20,000 bases of DNA, taken from positions 362,684-382,683 of the forward strand of contig CT868640.1 in assembly GCA_000165425.1 (NCBI GenBank). Reading direction: 5' to 3'. The first letter of the stretch is position 1; each line of letters begins with the position of its first letter. The notes below the pieces were generated by a model. The model was given only the letters and a program-made list of their open reading frames with translations. It did no database searches and was not told the origin of the DNA. The stretch comes from Paramecium tetraurelia. Taxonomy: Eukaryota. The translations under genes were made by a program, and so were the position numbers. Shown here in pieces: positions 1 through 12,699 of the stretch.

Positions 1-1
1 A

Positions 2-151
2 TTTCAATATTACCCAAAAAATGAAACATATAGTGAATTAGAAGATGAATTTGATAAGAAAATTAAATAATCATCTATTGAATTAAAAGAGGATTAATTT
101 TCCTAAAGAATACTTGATCCATATTATTCTTATTGCCATGAGCTCATTTGA
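2..151 (+). CDS. 3' end of an unknown protein-coding gene, truncated by the window edge (...FQYYPKNETYSELEDEFDKKIKQSSIELKEDQFSQRILDPYYSYCHELI*)
   Basis: Open frame under ciliate code 6 with in-frame TAA read as Gln, protein-like composition, and TGA at 149-151 followed by a short AT-rich spacer. No family motif recognised. Confidence 0.6.
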
Positions 152-217
152 GGATAATAATGAATATTATTTGAGTTTCTTAAATTTGAACTATAATTTA
201 GTATAATTAATTATTTT

Positions 218-1188
218 ATGATTCCTTATTATTATGGCAGCATAATAATTGGTCCAAGTGGTGTTGGAAAATCCACTCTTTGTAAAGGATTGCTATAGAT
301 GATGGAATAAATATAAAGAAAATCCATCATAATTAATATGGACCCAGCGAATGAAGATTCATATGAAGATTATCTATGCATCAATATTTTAGAGCTTATA
401 ACTGTTGAGGATGTGATGAAAATGTTTAAACTAGGGTATGTTTAAATAGTAATTAAGGCCTAATGCAGCTTTGTTATATTGCTTCTAATTTTTATTGGAT
501 AACATAAAGTGGCTTTTTGATAAATTATTGAAGTATCAAGATCATTATCTGATTTTTGATTTTCCAGGTATTAATTAATGTCAAAATAGGATAGATTGAA
601 TTGTATTTAGCAAATGATTCAATTTACAATCTAATATAATCATTGACAAACAAAAACAATTCAACATTATAAATATCATTGGTGGCTGTGCAATTATTTG
701 ATTGTTTAAATTGTTATTAAGTGAACACATTTATCTCTGCAAGTCTTGTTAGTGTAACTGTATCTGCAAATTTATCATTGCCATACTTAGCTGTTTTAAA
801 TAAATTAGATTTAGTTAAACAATATGGAGAGATGCCATTAAGCTTACAATACTATTTGGAGGGTGAAAATTTGAAATATATGTTGGAAGTCACTGATTAA
901 TGTGATGAAGAGGGATAAAAATTTAAGGAAAAATATGGACAATTAACATACCACATTGCAGAGCTAATTGATTCAAAAGAGGTTGTTAGCTTTGAACCAC
1001 TATATGTTGAAAATAAAAAATTAATAATGAGATTAATACTAAAAATGGATAAGGCTAATGGTTATTATTTTTTGGAAAACTTACCCCCCATTTATAAATC
1101 TATACAAGAAGATGTAGGAGAAGAAATAGATTTCCTTCCAACTGAATTGGTGATGGAGTTGGAAACTGAATTATTCGAAAGTAATTGA
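218..1188 (+). CDS. GPN2: GPN-loop GTPase, GPN2-like (RNA polymerase II/III assembly GTPase), 308 aa; exons 218-435, 458-567, 590-1188
   Basis: The code-6 translation shows Walker A GPSGVGKST, NMDPAN, the GPN loop LGPNAALLYC (restored by splicing 436-457), FDFPGQIELY (restored by splicing 568-589), LNKLD (G4) and C-terminal DKANGY, typical of GPN2. Stop TGA at 1186-1188. Confidence 0.92.
436..457 (+). other. 22-nt spliceosomal intron (GTATG...TTAAG) in the GPN gene
   Basis: Its removal joins GG+G to give GGG CCT AAT (G-P-N) and restores the frame. Confidence 0.9.
568..589 (+). other. 22-nt spliceosomal intron (GTATT...AATAG) in the GPN gene
   Basis: Its removal restores the conserved FDFPGQIELY motif. 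Confidence 0.92.
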
Positions 1189-1418
1189 TATGTTATTTAT
1201 AAATATAAATCATGCAAATTTCTTTTAAAACATCATCAAACTCTTTGGTTATAACGTTTATAAAAATAAAATAATTTGATTATTCTGAGGAAGTTTAAAC
1301 TTATACTGTAAAGTGCATATAAATTGAAAAAGATAAGAAAATTAAGTAAATATATTCATTCTAATTACAAATATAATGTGATGAGTTTAAAATTATAACT
1401 GTTCTTAATAAATATAAT

Positions 1419-2859
1419 TCAATCTTATGATATTAATTTTAACATAGGTTCTGATTTTTTAACTTATTATTACTTCATATTTTATTGCATTTTGGATTTC
1501 CAATCTTAAATTTCATCAAAAAACACCTTTTCTTTTTGATTTAAACATTTTGGTGTATTTGGATTTTGAAGAACTTTCTAAAAGGGTTTATGGATTCTTT
1601 TTGAAACCATTTATTATTCATTTTAATATTCTAAATTATAAACTCTTATCACATGTTCATTTTTTATTTATTTTGCCTCTTTTAGGTCTACAGAAACCTC
1701 TTTAAATTACTGCTTTTTCATAAAATTGTTTCTGAAAGTATTAGTTGTTACTTAAGGTTCCACCGATGATTTAATTATCCTTCTATTGCTCAATTCTTAT
1801 TTTATATTTTTTGAAATATATTCTTTTCCACTAAATCCTACAGCAGAATTGGGTCTTATTCTTTATAAGCGAATCATCAAATCCTTTTAATCATCCTTAA
1901 TTATTCTTTAAACAGAAGACTAGGGTCTATTTTTTAATTGTCTATGAACCGAATGCATATTTTCTATTGTATCTAATGTTATAATTTAAGGTACAACGGG
2001 CTTAATTTCTAAAAACTAAGATTAGTTGTTCCTTTCGGAATCTGATTCATTTATTATTTCAATCTTGCTTTCTTTAAAAGAACAGATACTTTTTTCTTTT
2101 TTTGAAATTGTTCTTGAGAATTATTAATTCATCATTAAACTAGAAGGGGTATCTCTAAGGTGTACTTTATCAGTTAAATAACTGATGAGTTACTAGTACG
2201 TATATCTTTTTTAAATGTTTTTAACTAAAATCAATTTTATTATTTGAGATAAAATAGGGAATTTGCTCTGATCTGTGGGTTGAGGATCTTTATAAATAAT
2301 GTTATATGCAAGAACTTTGTCATTGTCACCATTAAAAGGCATCCGATTGTTTGCAAGGAAATATCCTATTATACCAATACTCCAAATTCCAGAATGAGTG
2401 GATTCTTTTCTCAAAACCTCTGGAGAAGCAAAATTTAATGGGGTGGCATTTAATGATAACAAATCGATCTTAATTGAATTAATAACAAACCTTAATATTT
2501 TTGTATTCATCGAGTAACAAATTTTAGAGAGTAACTGTTGCTTATATTCCCTTTAACTCAGCAATGTTTAGTGCTTAAGCAAGTTATAAAATTATGGATA
2601 AAATTTTTTATTCTCCAAAACAACCTCCTCCGTTAATCGTTTACAAGGGTTCACTATTTTATATAATACACATCATTCCATTTTCTTACCATCTATCCAC
2701 AATTATTAGAAAATTTTGATGATCGAGCTGTCTGATTCTATCATCATAATCAGAAGATGCCTATAATGTTAGAATATATTCTTTTTTCGTTTTCTTCTCG
2801 ATACAGAGATATTTATTTATACCAAGCTTTTGCGCTTTCTCCAACTATTATAATTACAT
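1419..2859 (-). CDS. Protein kinase-like protein, NEK/CAMK-like fold, probable pseudokinase, ~472 aa; exons 2859-2491 and 2468-1419
   Basis: ATG at 2859-2857. Subdomains are recognisable in order: RQLDHQNFL, ILSIILQLAQAL, QNLLLDEYKNIK/ID, TPLNFASPE, SGIWSIGII, MPFNG, IIKLILVKNIQKR. A long low-complexity tail stays open to TGA at 1421-1419. Splicing a candidate 23-nt intron (1451-1473) would instead extend the CDS to TGA at 1212-1210. Confidence 0.8.
2469..2490 (-). other. 22-nt intron (GTTTG...TTAAG on the minus strand) in the kinase-like gene
   Basis: Required to join the N-lobe frame (..EYKNIK) to the C-lobe frame (IDLLSLNATPLNFASPE). Confidence 0.85.
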
Positions 2860-3964
2860 AATTAATTTTAATTTTATATTTATATAAACAACTCCACTCA
2901 AAATTTCATCTCTAAGTACAACTTAAAAGGAAGAATTCAATTCTTTATTTTCGATAAGTAGATTAATTAATTAGATAAATTAAATTACTGAATAACCCAA
3001 GATAATATTTTGATTAACTGAAAGATTGAAAGTATTAAAATGACAACAGTGTAAATCCAAAACTTTCTATTTTTTAAAGCACTTTTCTGATAATTAATTC
3101 ACATTAAAATTCAGAAAATTAAGAGAGCATAAAATATTTAATTATGCAATAATTTTATTTAAGCGTTACTAGAAAGGTATAAACAAAATATATTTCGAAG
3201 AAAATATCTACATTTAAACTAAAAATCCACTAGTTAGTATAATTCTTGAGGCATTCTAATATAATATTTAGAAATTCATAAAATATATTTTATTGAAGGA
3301 AAGTGAAATCAAATCCATTCCTTGCATCATAGACTCTATTTCTTTTAATAAACTTTTTATTTCTCTTTATTAAAATGAAGGGAATTCGAAATAGAAATAC
3401 ACTAAATTTCATTATTTAACTTAAAGTTTAATTTAGAATTATTAAAGTATTTAGAGTTTACACTCTTGATTTTAGCTTGATTAAATACATATTTATAGTC
3501 ACTGACTGAAATATAAAACAATAGTAATTAATTTATTCTATTACTGATCTAAAAGTAACTTCTGCTTTTTTTCAAGATTATTAATTATAATTAAATACAC
3601 TAAATTATTTAAACAATTATTAATTTATATTAAATATTGTAATATTAAGATTATTCAAATATAAATTTCATTAATAAACATAAATTCATAAAGATGCAGA
3701 AAAATTCGATGGATATGACAATTTTTTGAGAGATTTATTACTTACAATTAAGAAATATAAAAATCTTTCCTAAAGAAATAATTTATGTATTTTTGAATAT
3801 CAAGATAGTTGTTAATTTGAGTGAAATAAATTTTTCAAATTAAAAGAAATAAAGAATTAATACAAAATTAATCTATGCAGATTATATTTTATACTAAAGA
3901 AATCATCCACATCTCAGATTTGATTGCAATTAACATTTTTTCTGATTTTAAGTTTGAATTATAA

Positions 3965-6900
3965 TCAGATTCTGCAGTTGTCCTAAGATTTAAAACAATT
4001 TATCTAATTTAATACATATTTTTACCTTCTCATTTTTATTGAAGATCTTGATACGCTTTTCAATTTCATTAAATTCTTTTTCAGCCTTTATTCTTTAGAT
4101 TATTGCTATTTCCAAAGTTATTTAAATAGATTTGCTAACTTTGACTTTGATTTAATTTTCTTAAATAGATTCTTTAATGAGGCAAGTAATAGAACATAGT
4201 ATTTTTTCTTATAAGCCAATATAATGCCTTTTAAAAAAGGGTAGCACAAGATTATGCAGAGAATAATAATAACTATTTATAGCTAAATAGATAACACTTA
4301 ATTATTCTATTACTCACATACATATTTAGCAGCAGCAAGGAAAATTGTAATGGAGCAAATTTAACCAGCTTATAAATCTAAGTGATTAAGCTTTGAAATA
4401 TTGTATGGTTTATATTCAACAGCTAGCAATTGATAAAATAGTAAACACAAACCTAGTAAGGAAGCCTTTAACAAAATTTGAATTTCAAAATATGTTAAAA
4501 CAAGTATAATAATTGTTTTTTTGGTTAATTTGATTAATTCCCAAAAGTAATTTTTAATATCATATTCATTAAATAAATAGGAAATGTGTCTTCTGAGTTT
4601 CATAGATTGAAATTAGTCTCTCAATCTATACATTAGTGCGAATAGAGAAAAAGGAATCAATAAGCAAAATATTCCTAGTCCTGGAATAATAAAGGCAATC
4701 ATCCATTTATAATGAGTTGTTGACCAAAATTCTAAAGAAACATCTCCTTAAATAAAACTTAAATTCGAAATTTCTCTTTTTGAAATAACTGAACACAACC
4801 TATTTTTAATAAATTAATTACATTTTAATTAATCCTCCAAAATTAGATACATATAAGTAAATTAATGTATTCGAAATGGTATCATAATTATATTACTATT
4901 ATGGCGCTGATTTAGATAGATAAAAATAAATTAACGATAATATTTAAATCAGCAGGAATTGAAATAGCATTAAAACAAGCATTGTTATAATTCTTGAATA
5001 AATTAAAGAAATTTCCTCTATATCGGATAAATAACAATCTAAATTATTAGCCATAAAATAAGATGTGTTACTAGCTTGATCAACAAAAATAAATGAAAAT
5101 GAAAAGCTAATGTTAAAAGTGAAAATAACAGAGTAAATCCACAGATAATTTAAAAGCATTTTTAGAAATACACTTTCATGATCTAATTATAAAAATATAA
5201 TATTATACCCTAACTTAATTTAAAAATAATCTGAAAATGCCTTTCTCGAAGTTTCAAAGATGTAAACAATTAATTTGACGCGTTTATGCTTTTCAATGAT
5301 AATATAATAGATAGTAAAGCCCTAAAATTAAGATTATCTCATACCAAGTTGTTGTCAATATGAAAGGGAGTATGCTATCTTAATCTCCATAGCAACTTAA
5401 GCAACTCTGATCTTATGATGTTTTAATAAATTTTCCATTTCCCCTAATATTTTACGTGTCACATTCTTCGCATAAACCTCCAATATGCCCCAGATTACAC
5501 AATTCATTGCCTGTATTCCATCCACCTTCACAAAACTTTGGATTCTTGAAACAATAATCAACCGAATCAGATAACATATTAGGCCTCCAGTAGCCTTCCA
5601 AAAGTTATATTTTATTTGAAGTTATGCTAAAAAATTTTGTTTTGTCAAAAACAGAACATTTTGTTGTATTGTAAGTGACAGAATAAAATCCTTAACTAGA
5701 CGAACATATCTAACATCCATTATCAACATAAAATTCTCCTAATTAACATAAAAAACCTTTAGTTTTGATGACATAACCAAACTCTTTCTGTGAATCTCCT
5801 GGTTAACAATTAAAATAAATAAGAAAGTGGTCATATAGGCCATAATAGGGATCCAAAGAAAATGAAAGTAAACTTATATCAATATTATTATTTTGATTAT
5901 CATATTTTATTGTGGCTTTTTGCTCTCGTTACTCAAGGTTTTATTATTTTTCTTTTAAGATTTTCTATTAACTTACACGACAAGTTGAATTGACTTTTTT
6001 GAAAAGTTATTCATTTCTGCTATTCTTAAAAAACAAGGAAAATTCAGAGATATATGTGAAGTATCTTTGAGATTATGGTTGATATAATAAATAACTTAGT
6101 ATTTATTAATTGCTTGGAAGCATCAAGGTATTTGATTTTTCATTTTTTCCTTACTAAATAATATTATAGGGCTTGAGATTCATACTATTAGTTAAGGTGT
6201 TATTTTGAATGTATGATTGCGACTACATTTCTTTGCCATTAATAAAAAGTGCTAAGTGGCTAGGAGTTTCAACTAGATTATTTCCATAAGAAGTAGCTTT
6301 ATTAAAAAGAAGATACGACGAAACAAAATTTATATCGTTTAATTTACCATCTCCTTCCAAATAAATCCCTCCTCCTTCACTTGCTTCATTAGATAAAATT
6401 ATTGTTTATTTTATGAGTAGTTCACTATTGATTGCAATTAAATGAATTCCACCTCCGGATATTGTAACCGAATTTCCAAGAATATAAGAATTTTCTAATT
6501 TTAGAAACATATTTGAAGCCATTATTGCTGCTCCAATACTAGCCTTATTTTTGATAAAACTTGAATCTTTAATTTAAATTTTTGGATATATCTGAGTTTT
6601 TGCAGCGATATTTAAGCATCCATATTCATTTATTATATTGAAACCACAATTAAAATCTTAAATCTTTAATAAATTGCAATTTTCTATTTATAAATAAATA
6701 ATGCCATAATCACAGTATTTACAAATATTATCTTGAATATCCACCTTATACAATATTAATGAATCTTCGATTGAATTCAATGAAATTTACACTAAAGAAC
6801 TAGATTTTTAAGCTAATTCTATTACATTTTCGATAAAATCATTTAAATATATCTTTTCTTCTTGATTAATTAAATTGCTCTCTAAAACGCATCCTTAGTT

Positions 6901-9900
6901 ACGAATATCAATATATTTCAAAAAATAGACAACACTGGAGTTTACTGAGTAGGCTTAATGTTTTATAATTTAAACCCTATCTAAATAAATGATTGATTTA
7001 ATCTTCTCTGTTTAGCTAATTGATATTAGATTGAACGGATAAACAGGCTAAATTTATGAGAACTAACATTCTTTCATTTTCAACTTAGCGAGATTATTAA
7101 ATTTAAGAATTGGGGATAAAAAGATTCCCTCTATAAGAAATTTTCTTATTTAGATGCTCCCTCCATCAATTGCAATGACAGCATTCGTATTACTAATTAT
7201 ATTTGATATTTCGGATTAAGATATAATTCCAATTTTGTCAAAATATTTAATCCAGAATTCTTCTGTTTAAATTGCCTTAAAATGTTATACATTTACAATG
7301 TTTGATTACTAGCTTAAAGAGCTAAATTAAATGTTAAAAAATTGATTCATCAAAGAGATGCAATTGATAATCTAGATATCATCCAAATTAATTTTATTTC
7401 CTTGAACTGATGTTTATATAGTGAGGATTGTTGAAGACATTCTATTTAAGATGTTTTCAAAATATCCTCCTACTATTTTTAAATTTAAAATACTATTTTG
7501 TGAATATATTGCAATGCAACCAGTGCTGCTTATTGATTGTAGATTAGTTTCAATATTATATGCAGCTATATTATTTAATATTATATTTCCTTGATTTTAG
7601 GTTTAAATTTCAAAGATTGCACTTTGATGAGCAAGGATATTTTGAAAATAGCAATTTGTACAAGAAAATATTGAAGCTATTATTTATCCTGCTCCTCCTT
7701 TATTTAGTATTTTGATGGAGTCTTGCACTGCCAAATTGATACCTGCTTAATCAATATTTTGATTGAATTAAATCCCAAAATAACTTTCCCATAGCTCTTA
7801 AGGCAACATATTATGATTCAGTACCTAATAATTAGTGATTTAAATCGAATATGAATTGATAGTAATGAACGAGTTTGATGAATTTGTTACAGCATTCAAT
7901 TCACAAAACAAACTATGTATTTCTACTTTACTTAATAATGATTATATATAAATTAATCCAGCCTGTGTTTCTAAAGGGTTATCAATAAACTAATGTAAAA
8001 AGTTGCTCTTAAATTTTATATTATCAATAAAAATCAATAATTCGTCATAAGAGTATATCACCAATAAAGAAAATAAGTCAGCCTTCTCCTTTTGAAGTAA
8101 CATATTTTTTTCAAACCGAATATTTGAGAGTTCTACTCTGCCTAAGGAATAATTGAGAAATTATCTCCCAAAGTTAACCTATATCTATGAATAGATGGAG
8201 CTGAATTGATTGTATATATCCACATCTTTTGAGATTAATTTTGAGAACCCTAATAATTATGAGGGTTAGGCATTTTTTGAATCTAAAGCCTCCCAGCATT
8301 TTAGATTAAGCGGAATCCTATATGCAGCTTAAGTTGATTGAAATGTAACATTCTTCATAACAACTTCTTCATTTTCAATGATATAAAAAACAAGACAATT
8401 TCTTGTATTTTAGATAACAGCATTCTGTAAGTTAAATTAATTACTATGAATCTTAAATAATTGAAGTTAAATATTAGTTTGATCTTCTCTATCTATTTCT
8501 GATATATATATATCAGATATCGAAAATACAATATTGTTCATTGCCAAACCTGAAAATATTAAAAATAAAATGGCCTCTTAAAGAATATTTTCTAGAGCCT
8601 AATAATTATTGATTATGCAAAATAATTTATCCTTACTTTAAGCATTTTTAATTGCTATAAATTAAGATTAAACAAACGTATTCTTGTTAGTTTAGACATT
8701 GGATAATTCTAAATTATAATCAAAGGAAATTATTGTCGAAAATTTTACAATGTTCATGTTAAATCCTAAATTTTTTATATTTAAGTTGAAATAATTGTCA
8801 CTGTTAATTAAAAAAGAGTTAACAAAATTAGAGTTTGTAATAATAATAGTTGTAAGATAAACAAAGTTTATAAACTTTGAATTGTTTGATATAAATGAAA
8901 AAAATGAGGAATTGTAAATATAACATTGATTAATAGTTACCTTTTAAATAGAAATAATAAATTTTTTATTTGCAAAATTGAATAGGGTTGAGTTATTTAG
9001 AATACAATTCTCTATTAATAAAGTCTCTATTTCAATATAACCTTCAAATTTTGATTACTCTAGATTAAATACGTAGGAGTTTTCGAAAGTCAACCTCTGA
9101 AACCTTAATCCTTTCAGCGTTATATTGCTAAAAAACTCAGTTTAAAAAATAGTATTATCTTTGATTACACTATCTTAAAGTAAGACTTCATGTAATTTTA
9201 AACCTATTTTATTTTTGTCATTCTCTAAAATAAAAGGCAGAACATTTAAAAATCCCATAGTATGAATCTCAACTTCATCAAAATTTTAAATAAAACTTGA
9301 GGAACTCAATTTAATTAGACAAGAGGACTTAGAGGTTATTATTAAATTTGTCCTATTAAGCATAAAAATTTTAGTTTTCAGATTTGTCCAATATATGAGA
9401 GGACAAATCAGATAACAAATCTCTTCAGTAAATTCATTATAAAAAGTATAGTCAATTGTAATTTAATCAACTCCAACTGAATTGCAATAATCTATATTGA
9501 TACCATCTTCATAATGAGTAAATATATCTCCGACTTAATTTTCACAAGACTAAAAGATATCATCAGAAGTAAACATTAATGAAAAATGTGTTTAACAATC
9601 ATCAGAAAAGCAATACTTTGCAATTTATGTATAAGGATCTATCACTACATTTATTTCCTTAATTGGTTTGAGGCAAATCATAGTATATTTTTTATTATTT
9701 TCACTCAATTGAAAACTTGGTTACAATTTCTATTATAGAAGTAAGAAATACTTTAATTTCGCCCTATTCGCGATTTCTACAAATCTCACATAATTAGGGA
9801 CAAGAAATACATTAGCCATCCTCTTAGGTTCTTATTGGAGTATTAAAATAATTTAGAGGACATTTTTAACAAATAAAGTTTTCATAAGATTTTTCACATT

Positions 9901-12552
9901 TTAAACAATCTTAGCTGCATTATTTAGCACATTAAGAAAAAATTGATAGGTCATATCCTTAGGTACATTTAGTAGGCATAGCAACAATATCTGACGTGTA
10001 TGTAGTTCTTAGTGGATAATAATAATTGTTTGGCAAAAATCTCATCATAAAACTCTAGATAAACCATGACCATGCATCATTTTCATAAAAGTCTCCATCC
10101 ATAACAATAATTGCATTATCTATCTTATATTAAAAACATGTTCCTGTTTGAATTGAATTCTTGTAACCAGGTTCGCAGATAATACATTGAATTTTTTCAT
10201 CTGGAGTTAAGAGACACTACTGGCAATTTTTTTAATATTTTTAACAATTTATAATTTCAGGGGCAATCGAAAAGTCTGAAAAAGAAGATAATGTGCAAAC
10301 TGACTAACCTTAAAAATTGATGTAAGATCTTAAACAATTTGTTATTTAAGGCTTTTGGTATAGACACAATCCCTAATTGAAATCAAAAATGTAGTTTTCT
10401 TTACATAAAGCACAACCAATTTATATTCTTTCATCATTAATAAATTCTTCGAAATCCTTATATAAGGTGCATCTGATTTAAGATTCATTTTATTGAAATT
10501 CAAAACAATATTTGCAATTGTCTATTGGACACAACTTACATTCAAAAGTTGAAGAAATATAATAAGGAGAAACACAAGTATTTCTAATATCGGAGTTATC
10601 ATAAGTACAAAATCCATCAGTCAAAACTGCCTAATAAGTACATCTTGAGCATTTGAAACCTGATTCCGAAACATAACATTATTAGCAAGCAAATAATTGG
10701 CATTTATAACAGTTAGGCAACTCATTAAAACATAGATTTTTGAAGTTCTCATTTATTACTGAAAAGTCTGAAAAAAGGTTCTCAATACTATCAATGCCTG
10801 TATTTTCACAGTATTAGCAATACTAAATACTACTAATTCCATCAAAAACAAAATGATCATTAGATTCATCATAGAATGATTTGTCAATATCTCCATTAGG
10901 ACTTACATAGATGTGGGTTTTACATTATGGGTCTTTACTCCATTATCCAGGATTTCTGAGACACTCCAAACATGTTATAAAGTCTTCACGAATAATCGAT
11001 GGGCTAATTATAAATTTTATTCGTACCATTTACAACATTCTTGATTATATTAAAAATAACCGTATTTACATTAATTCCATTATTAAAATTATTAAAGAAT
11101 TATTAATTTTGAATCTTAATAGGAATGGCAAATTCCAACATCAATTGTATGAATAGGACAAATACAAGCTTTTTGTTCATTTAAATATGATCTATTTGAG
11201 TCAATTGGACAAGATAGGCAATCTCGATTTGTTGGCCCATCACAATCTTGACAACTTAAATGGCATATTTATTGTGTGAATAAATCTTCACAAATTGTAA
11301 AAGTAACATCTCTTATTTATATTTTTAAAAAGTTAGTCTCAAGCTATTAGCAATTACCATAAAGAAGTTTAAACTAATTCTATTTAAATTATAAAAAAAT
11401 AATAGATTCTTGAAATTCATAAACATTTTATTTATCAAGAAATTTTATTTAAATATTCATTTTATTCTCCTTCACTTGTATTTAAAAGTTGTGCCATAAG
11501 GTGAGATCGTTTATAACATCAAATTCAGTGATAATAAGAAAAGGATTATCTAAAAAGTCTAATGTAACAATTGGAAATGTATAACTATATGTGGTTATTA
11601 TTATTTTATTTGTTACTGATGATATCTTATAAGATAATGTTAAGGGGGACAGATTTAAATTCGAAAACTTTTAGTTCTCGTAATTTAAACCTAACTTAAT
11701 AAATTAATATTCAAAGCCATCATCCAAATTTATAATTTCTTGAATTCTAATCCATCCAGATAAAAAAAAAGAATCACAATTCAGATTTTCCGAAATATAA
11801 GTTCCATAATCAAGATAATCGAGATCAGAATCAGCTATTTTCTTTTTATTGTTTTCCGTGCACTAACAATATGTATTTTTTCCCAATACTATTTTTGCTG
11901 ATTCAACCAGACTCAAACCTGGCGAAATGCCTTCAATTTAAAATTTTCGTAATACAATTGACCCAGGAAAATAGGAAAATTTAGTACCATATTATATAGA
12001 TTCTATTTTAGAATCAAGTACAATCAAGCTACCTCCAAAAGTTAATTGTATTTCTTAATCTTAATAAGGATAAGACATTGAGAGTATGTCAAAATGCAAG
12101 ACTTCAATGAGTGAGAAAAGAATAATTTCTAATTAATTTAGTTTAGGAGTTCCAGAGATCCCTAAAAAATACCACACATTCTCATAATTAAAAATTTCTA
12201 ACTAAACCTGAATTTTATGCTATTCATTATTATTATTAATGAACTCAAGTGTTTTCGAAATTGTTTTCGATTCATAATCTAAAAAATCGTAATATATTAA
12301 ATTCAAACTTTGATTATCTATTTAATATGCGTTATGAAGCTAAAAGCAATTGCTTTCTTATAATCCAACAGGACCTACTTGTGATGTAATACTGAGAGGG
12401 TTATATTTTGACCAAATACCATAACTAAAGCCATCTTTCCAGGTAAAATTATCATCCTTAAAATAAACTTAAGTATGTAGCACTTAATAAAGAGGATCTA
12501 ATGGCATAACTTAGATCTATATTATTAAGTTTAAGATTATGAGTAATCTCAT
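3965..12552 (-). CDS. Giant surface/membrane protein (~2,820 aa): signal peptide, furin-like Cys-rich repeats, pectin-lyase/PMP-like beta-helix repeats, Cys-rich juxtamembrane module and multi-pass TM C-terminus. Introns at 11004-11026, 9730-9751, 5322-5344, 5183-5208 and 4800-4821; a possible sixth at 4004-4025 would move the stop to 3835
   Basis: ATG at 12552-12550 gives MRLLIILNLII (signal-like). CHLSCQDCDGPTNRDCLSC lies near 11200-11270, with many CxxC repeats over 9600-11270. PMP-like motifs (NKASIGAAI, GNSVTISGGGI, SNEASEGGGIY) lie at 6360-6560, and GYWRP...CEGGWNTGNELCNLGHIGGLCEECD at 5460-5600. Hydrophobic helices and YLFNEY...YFWELIKL lie at 4200-5350. Each observed frame change is explained by a 22-26-nt GT..AG intron. 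The long exons were spot-checked, not read codon by codon. Confidence 0.9.
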
Positions 12553-12699
12553 TATTTTTTATTTATTTAATTATTTGCAGAATAATAAAAAATCATTCTT
12601 ATTAATACCATTTAAGACTATTTTATCAAAGACATTTTTAATTAAAACCCTCAATATATTTTGAAATTTAAAAAATTCTCCTATGAGACTGAGTTTTAT

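Noticed and set aside
2211..5159. Track ORFs 2211-2510, 4370-4603 and 4944-5159 as standalone small proteins
   Set aside because: They are fragments of larger genes cut at TAA/TAG (Gln) codons. The start of 2211-2510 also reads through an intron.
8498..8517. Perfect 20-bp palindrome TCTGATATATATATATCAGA
   Set aside because: It is mostly an (AT)n core inside an in-frame coding exon (SDIYISE), as expected by chance in AT-rich DNA.
10911..11156. 81-aa plus-strand ORF from the track
   Set aside because: Antisense shadow of the Cys-rich exons of the giant minus-strand gene.
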